In this document: piece by piece, positions 26,752 through 32,000 of the stretch | Numbering within the stretch: the first letter of the stretch is position 1 | Layout: each line of letters opens with the position of its first letter | NCBI RefSeq assembly: GCF_000017945.1 | Contig: NC_009776.1 | Coordinates: forward strand, 1,265,539-1,297,538 | Length of the DNA: 32,000 nucleotides | Reading direction: 5' to 3' | Source: Ignicoccus hospitalis KIN4/I | Lineage (GTDB): Archaea > Thermoproteota > Thermoprotei_A > Sulfolobales > Ignicoccaceae | The notes under the pieces: model-generated | Database searches by the model: none | What the model saw: only the letters and a program-made list of their open reading frames with translations | What the model was told of the DNA's origin: nothing | Program-made: the position numbers and the translations under genes

Positions 26752-27759
26752 TTATAAAGCGGTAACGAGCTGCTTCCCCATCACTTCAGTTAAAGCCCTC
26801 ACTTTCTTCATAAGTTCCTTGAACTGCTCAAAGGTTAACTGCTGGGCTGCGTCGCTCTTCGCCTTGTCAGGCTCGGGGTGGACCTCGACTATCAGACCGT
26901 CGGCGCCGGCCGCGACTATTGCAAGCGCCAACGGCTCTACCAAGTCCCTCTTGCCGGCAGGGTGGGAGGGGTCCCCTATCACCGGCAAGTGGACCTTCTT
27001 CTTGCCTACCGGTATGGCAGCCACGTCCAAGGTGAACCTGGTGGCAGTCTCGAAGGTCCTTATGCCCCTCTCACACAGTATCACGTCGCCGTTCCCCTCC
27101 AACAAGACGTACTCGGCCGCTTGGAACCACTCCTCCACCGTGTTGCCCAGTCCCCTCTTTAAGACGACCGGCTTCTTTGCCTTGCCGACCTCTCTGAGCA
27201 GCGGGAAGTTCTGCATGTTCCGGGCCCCTATCTGGAAGGCGTCTGCCACTTCCGCCACCTTAGGGACGTCCCTAGTGTCCATGACCTCAGTGACTATGGG
27301 GAGACCCGTAACCTCTTTGGCCTTCTTTAAAAGCTTCAAGCCCTCCTCTCCGAGGCCTTGGAAGGAGTAGGGGTTAGTCCTAGGCTTGTAGGCGCCGCCC
27401 CTCAGAGCGGCTGCGCCCTCCTTCTTCACGAACTCTGCCGTAGAGAGTATTTGTTCTTCGCTCTCTACGGAGCACGGGCCGGCTATTACGGAGAAGTACT
27501 CGCCCCCGAACTTAGCGTTTCCGATGCTCACGATCGTGTCCTCTTGTTTGAACTCCCTGCTCGCCAGCGGGTACTTCGCCTTCACGTTTAGCACCAATTC
27601 AACTCCGGGCAACTTCTCCAAGCCCTCGACGAAGGTCCCGGGAGGGGTCACTATCAGAGGACGGCCGTATAAGGTGACTTCCCAGAACTTCAAGCCCTTC
27701 TCTTGTAAGACGTTCTTGACTTCCGATCCGCCCTCGCCTTGTTTAAGCACTATTATCAT
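26752..27759 (-). CDS. 3-deoxy-7-phosphoheptulonate (DAHP) synthase, type I-beta, with an N-terminal ferredoxin-like regulatory domain
   Basis: FSVIAGPCSVESEEQILSTAEFVKKEGAAALRGGAYKPRTNPYSFQGLGEEGLKLL...IGARNMQNF...GDPSH. I prefer the ATG at 27759 (MIIVLKQGE). The ORF track starts at 27786. Confidence 0.85.
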   Translation of the reverse strand: MIIVLKQGEGGSEVKNVLQEKGLKFWEVTLYGRPLIVTPPGTFVEGLEKLPGVELVLNVKAKYPLASREFKQEDTIVSIGNAKFGGEYFSVIAGPCSVESEEQILSTAEFVKKEGAAALRGGAYKPRTNPYSFQGLGEEGLKLLKKAKEVTGLPIVTEVMDTRDVPKVAEVADAFQIGARNMQNFPLLREVGKAKKPVVLKRGLGNTVEEWFQAAEYVLLEGNGDVILCERGIRTFETATRFTLDVAAIPVGKKKVHLPVIGDPSHPAGKRDLVEPLALAIVAAGADGLIVEVHPEPDKAKSDAAQQLTFEQFKELMKKVRALTEVMGKQLVTAL

Positions 27760-28390
27760 GCTTCCGTTCCCCCTCCCCTCCCACACCCATCCCTTTTCTT
27801 CTGATCGTCTTCCACTTCTTCCTGACTATTGGGGGAAGGGGTCGCGTGACGCTAAGCCACCTAAGCGTCTTGGGGTCGGAAGGGTAGCCGGAACCGAAGT
27901 CCCCGTAACGGGCTCTAAGCTGGCTGACGTGCCTCTCCCTCGCTTCCTTCGCCACTATCGACGCCGCTGCCGCTGCCGGACACGAGGCGTCTCCCTTCTT
28001 CATTACGATAACGTCCGGGAACACCTCGCCGAGCGCCCGCCTCTGCTTGGCGCCGTTTCCAACGATATCGACGCAGACTACGTCTATCTTTACCTTGTTT
28101 AGAGCGGTCTCCAACAGTTCTTTCATAACTTCTATAGTAAGCTCGCTCAAGTTCCTCTTGTCTATTTCTTCAGCTTTCACTTCCTTTATCAATACAAGCT
28201 TTGCAGTCTTCATTATCAAGTTGTAAAAGTACCTCCTTTTGTTAGGAGTCAACATTTTGCTTTCTTTCAAGCCCAAGCTCACCAATTTCTCTAATTGATC
28301 TTGTTCGATGGCAACCAATGCGACGAACATGCTCCCTATGACCGGTCCGCGCCCGGCCTCGTCTATCCCGGCCACTATCATCGTTCTCAA
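27743..28390 (-). CDS. rnhB: Ribonuclease HII
   Basis: IVAGIDEAGRGPVIGSMFVALVAI...VDIVGNG...AAAASIVAK. Confidence 0.9.
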   Translation of the reverse strand: MRTMIVAGIDEAGRGPVIGSMFVALVAIEQDQLEKLVSLGLKESKMLTPNKRRYFYNLIMKTAKLVLIKEVKAEEIDKRNLSELTIEVMKELLETALNKVKIDVVCVDIVGNGAKQRRALGEVFPDVIVMKKGDASCPAAAAASIVAKEARERHVSQLRARYGDFGSGYPSDPKTLRWLSVTRPLPPIVRKKWKTIRRKGMGVGGEGERKHDNSA

Positions 28391-28505
28391 GAAAGTTAGG
28401 CAAAGAGCGTCTAACTACGTTACCCGTCGTTAAAGAAGCAACGTCAACAAACGGGTTGGGAGACCTTTTGTTTTCGCCCCTCGCGCAGAGTAGCCGGCGC
28501 CGGGC

Positions 28506-28919
28506 TTGCCGTGTCCGTGGCTCAAGGGTTCAACTTGTACCAGCCCGAAGCTGCCGAAGCCCTCTCCCGACGTAGTCGGTCCGCACTGTAGGAGCGAGTT
28601 CGAGTACCGCTCGTGCAACTTCTTCGTAGAGCCCCAAGACGAAAAGAAGGAGGGCCTCTTGGCCTTTCAAACCTCCACTTCAAAGGAGCAGACGTTCGAA
28701 AGCAAGTACAAGCCTTACAAGCCCATACACGCCCTTCCGGAGGAACCGGCGAGCAAGTGCCCTTACTTTAAGACTTACAGGGGCTCCGACGGCCGTTGGT
28801 ATGCGGTCTGTAGGGTATTAGACCGCTTGTTAACGGTGGCCGAGGTGAGGCTTTGCAACGCCCACTGGAAGACTTGTCCCCTCTACAAGAACGGCGCGAA
28901 GCTGGTGAGCGGAGACTAG
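28506..28919 (+). CDS. Cysteine-rich protein with two CP[WY]...C...C...C modules; paralogue of 22261-22647
   Basis: N-terminal module CPWLKGSTC...GPHCRSEFEYRSCNFF. C-terminal module KCPYFKTYRGSDGRWYAVCRVLDRLLTVAEVRLCNAHWKTCPLY. TTG is the only start that includes the first module. An alternative TTG at 28659 follows AAGGAGGG. Confidence 0.55.
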   Translation: MPCPWLKGSTCTSPKLPKPSPDVVGPHCRSEFEYRSCNFFVEPQDEKKEGLLAFQTSTSKEQTFESKYKPYKPIHALPEEPASKCPYFKTYRGSDGRWYAVCRVLDRLLTVAEVRLCNAHWKTCPLYKNGAKLVSGD

Positions 28920-29374
28920 TGGTCCAGATAGTGGGGCCGCGCAAGAGCGGGAAGACAACGCTGCTTCAAGAACTAATAAAAGAGTTGAATAAATTGGGAG
29001 TAAAGCCTAAGGTAGTGAAGCAGACGAAGCATGCCCTCGAGGAGACGGACGCCGGCGACACCAAGCGCGCCTTAGAGGCCGGAGCGGAGGAGGTCTACTT
29101 AGTGTGCAGAAACGGCTTCCGCGTCCAGAAGAAGGGCAAAGTAGGCTTAGAAGAGCTCGTGTCTAGCCTCAGCGGGCTGATCATAGTTGAGGGGGGCAAG
29201 GGGGTGAAGAGGAGGGACTGGCTCTCCGTAGTAACTTGGAGGAACGAGGCCGAGAGGAAGGCCTACTGGAAGCCCTTGACCGTTTCTGAGATGGGCCCGC
29301 AAGACGATGCAAAGCTCGTCGCGTGGAAGGTAGCTCGCTTGATATTATCTAACTGGAGGGCTCGGCTGTCCTAG
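28919..29374 (+). CDS. mobB: MobB-like P-loop NTPase (molybdopterin-guanine dinucleotide biosynthesis adapter family)
   Basis: VQIVGPRKSGKTTLLQELIKELNKLGVKPKVVKQTKHALEETDAGDTKRALEAGAEEVYLV...LIIVEGGKG. The GTG start overlaps the upstream TAG (TAGTG). The ORF track's 28853 start would overlap the previous gene by 67 nt. Confidence 0.7.
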   Translation: MVQIVGPRKSGKTTLLQELIKELNKLGVKPKVVKQTKHALEETDAGDTKRALEAGAEEVYLVCRNGFRVQKKGKVGLEELVSSLSGLIIVEGGKGVKRRDWLSVVTWRNEAERKAYWKPLTVSEMGPQDDAKLVAWKVARLILSNWRARLS

Positions 29375-29406
29375 CCTCTTTCACCGCTCAACACTCGGCA
29401 AACTCC

Positions 29407-29814
29407 TCACTGCCCCGCGGCCGCTTTATAGAGCGAGTAGATTAGCAGAAGTGCGCCGAGGGCCGCAACCGCCGCGTTAGCAAGCCTCCAGTCGCTCCTA
29501 AAGGCCCTGATTCCCAAAGGACGGTCGTAGAGAGGCCAGAGGGCCCAAACGCCCCTCACCGTGAACGAGTCCAAGAATATGTGCGACGCGTAGCCGACCA
29601 TGAAGTAGACGCCTCCGCGGCGGTCTATACTCCCGACTAGGAGGGAGAGCAAAAGCATGGCGAACACGTTGTGTAAGAGCTTTCTGTGCATCTTCTTTAA
29701 GTCGAGGTCTGGGACCTTGGAGCCCACCAACCCCCAAAGCGCGGCCCACAAGGGATCGGGGGAGAGGAGAGCGCTCAGCCCCGCCCCGAAGAGCGCGTGG
29801 GCGTATCCCTTCAA
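29407..29814 (-). CDS. Membrane-bound metal-dependent hydrolase, YdjM/DUF457 family
   Basis: MKGYAHALFGAGLS...HRKLLHNVFAMLLL...GYASHIFLDSFTVRG. It overlaps the upstream gene by 4 nt. Confidence 0.65.
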   Translation of the reverse strand: MKGYAHALFGAGLSALLSPDPLWAALWGLVGSKVPDLDLKKMHRKLLHNVFAMLLLSLLVGSIDRRGGVYFMVGYASHIFLDSFTVRGVWALWPLYDRPLGIRAFRSDWRLANAAVAALGALLLIYSLYKAAAGQ

Positions 29815-30737
29815 AACACTCTCGCCCCCACGTTGTCCGCCGTGGTTATCCTTACCTCAACGTCGCTTATCTTACTTTCCAGTTCCTCCATAATAACCCT
29901 GGACTCGGTTACGTGCACTACAGCAAAACACGCCGGGCCCATGCTGCTCAAGCCGGCCGAGCCGGCCACCTCTCTGAAGGTTCTACACACTTCTTTCGTC
30001 TTCTCGTCCTGAAGTTCTCGCTCTATTCTCTTGAACCCGACTTTCTGGAGCTCGTTTATCCCCCTTTTGAACAATTCCAAATCCTTCTCCAATATCGAAG
30101 GTATTATCATCATCAATATTATTCTTGCAGTTAAAGCGCTCTCTTCGGGCGGGATTGGGGTGTGTTTCAAGAACTCGCTTACCTCCCGGCGCTCGTCGTA
30201 AACTCCCTTGTGTGGAATGGAAATTACGAAGGCCCACTCTTCCGGGAACTCTAGGCGCAAGTAAGGAGGGGGCGTAGTTAACGAAGCTCCAGAAGGCAAG
30301 GGCCTCCTCTTGAGCTCGGCGTCGTGGCCGAAGTCCACTATGAAGCCGCCGCCCTCGAAGGCGGCCACGCCCACCCCGCTCGTGCCGCCTCTGCCCATAA
30401 AGACTGCCAACTCCCTAGAAGTCACCGGTATGCCATTTAACTCGAACAAGGCCTTAGCAGAGCTCAACAACAAGGACGTGGTCGAGCCGAAGCCGGCGTG
30501 AGGGGGCGGGGTCTCGATTACTCGCACCTTGCCTTTGAGCCCCAAGCGCTTGAGTTTGGGGACGACTTCGTCCGCCCGAGGCCCTTCGTAGGCTAGCTCG
30601 TCGTTCTCCTCAGCCACCACGACAGTCCTAGGAAACTTCAACGCCACACCGGCGCCGCCGTCCAAACGGCCCAAGTCGCCGCTCAAGTCGACCAAGGCGA
30701 AGTGCAACCTCGAGGGGGCAGAGACCTTAACCCGCAA
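29811..30737 (-). CDS. GHMP-kinase-fold protein of the beta-ribofuranosylaminobenzene 5'-phosphate (beta-RFAP) synthase family
   Basis: MRVKVSAPSRLHFALVDLSGDLGRLDGGAGVALKFP matches, from memory, the RFAP-synthase N-terminal pattern (PSRIHxGLIDLxGxxGRxDGGxGxAL). It also has GGTSGVGVAAFEGGGF. TTG start. Confidence 0.72.
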   Translation of the reverse strand: MRVKVSAPSRLHFALVDLSGDLGRLDGGAGVALKFPRTVVVAEENDELAYEGPRADEVVPKLKRLGLKGKVRVIETPPPHAGFGSTTSLLLSSAKALFELNGIPVTSRELAVFMGRGGTSGVGVAAFEGGGFIVDFGHDAELKRRPLPSGASLTTPPPYLRLEFPEEWAFVISIPHKGVYDERREVSEFLKHTPIPPEESALTARIILMMIIPSILEKDLELFKRGINELQKVGFKRIERELQDEKTKEVCRTFREVAGSAGLSSMGPACFAVVHVTESRVIMEELESKISDVEVRITTADNVGARVF

Positions 30738-30976
30738 AGGCGACGAGCCCTAAGGCCTTAGTGAAGGAAGGGGGGTTATCTCGTCAGGCTCCACAAGCCC
30801 AAACTTTATAAGTACCCTATAGCGCACAACGTCGGTGAGTGTCGTGAGCACGACCGAAGCGAACGAAGTAGTCTTGGTCTGCGAGGACAAGGGCCCCAAC
30901 CAGCCGGTAGTCTGCAAGCCCAAGCAGTAAGCGTTTTTTGTTGAAGGACTTCTAAGCCCCGTCAGGGGTACGCTAG

Positions 30977-31996
30977 TTGAACGCGCCTCACCTCTTGGAG
31001 AAGATCTTAAGAGGGGAAAGACTCTCGAGTGAAGAGGCCTACGCCCTCGCGATGTCGATAGCAAAGAACGAGATAGATGACGTCCAGAAAGCCGGCTTCC
31101 TCGTAGCCTTGAGGTGTGGCCGAGAGCGGCCGGAGGAGCTCGAAGGCTTCGTAAGGGCTCTTCTAGACCTCGCCGTGAAGGTAGGGCCGTTTAGGGAAGC
31201 AATAGACACCGCGGGGACCGGGGGCGACAGGGCGAACCTGTTCAACGTCAGCACGGCGGCAGCTGTAACCCTAGCTGCCATGGGGTACAAGGTTGTTAAA
31301 CACGGCAACCGATCCGTCACCAGCGCGGCCGGCAGCGCCGACGTGATGGAGGCGTTGGGCTACAACTTGAACCTTCCTCCGGAGAAGGCGACCGAAGTGT
31401 TCGAGAGGACGGGCTTCGTCTACTTGTTCGCCCCCCTTTACCACCCTGCGATGAAGAACGTCGCACACGTGAGAAAGAACTTGGGCATAAGGACCATATT
31501 CAACCTTGCCGGGCCGCTCTCCAACCCCGCTAGGCCGGGGTACCAACTTGTGGGAGTGAGCGAGCCTTGGATGTTAGACGTGTTCGCCAAGGCGTTGAAG
31601 AACTTAGGGGTGGAGAGGGCAGCGGTGGTACACGGACGCCCGGGCATAGACGAGGTCTCGCCCACGTCCACTACCGAGGTCTATTTCGTAGATAGGGACA
31701 AGATAAGCTACAGCGTAATAGACGTAGAGGACTTCGGCGCAAAGCCCTTAGAGAGCTTAGAACCGCTAAAAGTAAGGGACATAAAAGAGGCGAAGGAGAA
31801 GTTCTTGAGAGCTTTAAGAGGAGAGTTCCCGGAGGCAGTCTTCCTAGGAGTCAACGCGGCCATGGCGATACACGTAATAGACGGGAAGGACGTAAGCGAG
31901 GCCTACTTGGAGGTCGTCGAGACCCTCGCGAGGGGAGAGGCGATAAACAAGCTAAGAGAAATAATAGAGGCTTCGGGAGGCAATCCTACGTTCTAA
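30977..31996 (+). CDS. trpD: Anthranilate phosphoribosyltransferase
   Basis: IDTAGTGGDRANLFNVSTAAAVTLAAMGYKVVKHGNRSVTSAAGSADVMEALG carries the canonical TrpD motifs. TTG start. Confidence 0.9.
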   Translation: MNAPHLLEKILRGERLSSEEAYALAMSIAKNEIDDVQKAGFLVALRCGRERPEELEGFVRALLDLAVKVGPFREAIDTAGTGGDRANLFNVSTAAAVTLAAMGYKVVKHGNRSVTSAAGSADVMEALGYNLNLPPEKATEVFERTGFVYLFAPLYHPAMKNVAHVRKNLGIRTIFNLAGPLSNPARPGYQLVGVSEPWMLDVFAKALKNLGVERAAVVHGRPGIDEVSPTSTTEVYFVDRDKISYSVIDVEDFGAKPLESLEPLKVRDIKEAKEKFLRALRGEFPEAVFLGVNAAMAIHVIDGKDVSEAYLEVVETLARGEAINKLREIIEASGGNPTF

Positions 31997-32000
31997 TCGA

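Noticed and set aside
26738-28102. Long plus-strand ORFs (26738-27370, 210 aa; 27524-28102, 192 aa) antisense to the DAHP synthase and RNase HII genes.
   Set aside because: Their composition is low-complexity and rich in S/T/L/P. They are fully nested opposite strongly conserved genes. These are typical shadow ORFs in a GC-biased genome.
30750-31064. 104-aa minus-strand ORF crossing the RFAP-synthase/trpD spacer into trpD.
   Set aside because: It is antisense to the trpD 5' end, Arg/Ser/Pro/Leu-rich and lacks start context.
1-32000. CRISPR arrays, transposases, integrases, rRNA genes and toxin-antitoxin pairs.
   Set aside because: I saw no regularly spaced direct repeats and no recognisable motifs of these classes anywhere in the window. 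The only HEPN-like ORF lacks the catalytic Rx4-6H motif and has no nucleotidyltransferase partner.

Overview
Dense archaeal chromosomal core region. By gene content and promoter style it looks like a hyperthermophilic crenarchaeote (TACK). GC is about mid-50s % by eye, and genes sit on both strands with very short spacers. CDS coordinates include the stop codon.

Recognisable content:
- A truncated spc-type ribosomal protein block: uS17, uL14, uL24, eS4, uL5, uS14, uS8.
- Five intron-less tRNA genes: Leu-CAA, Gln-TTG, Val-CAC, Arg-GCG, Gly-TCC. Each has its own TATA box and an encoded CCA end.
- RNA and translation factors: fibrillarin, an NFACT/Rqc2-like protein, an MtaB-type methylthiotransferase, Taw1/TYW1, a Pop5-like RNase P subunit, RNase HII and AspRS.
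- Metabolic and other housekeeping genes: PurT, ThyX, ArgH, DAHP synthase, TrpD, a beta-RFAP-synthase-family GHMP protein, CDC48, an A24 prepilin peptidase, a HIT protein and a PAPS-reductase-like PP-loop protein.

I saw no rRNA, CRISPR array, transposase, integrase or recognisable defence gene.

Unexplained parts:
1. Two paralogous cysteine-rich CPY...CPxY proteins. One is translationally coupled to a MobB-like P-loop NTPase. This is my best candidate for an undescribed module.
2. A four-gene minus-strand cassette: a small helical protein, two polytopic membrane proteins and a winged-helix regulator.
3. A zinc-ribbon / unknown / Pop5 operon.
4. A membrane pair that includes a thioredoxin-like/CcdA-like fusion lacking expected cysteines.
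5. Two unusually long non-coding spacers, 23894-24181 and 30738-30976, with repeats or a mini-gene-like layout.

All family calls rest on motifs I read in the translations. No database search was run.
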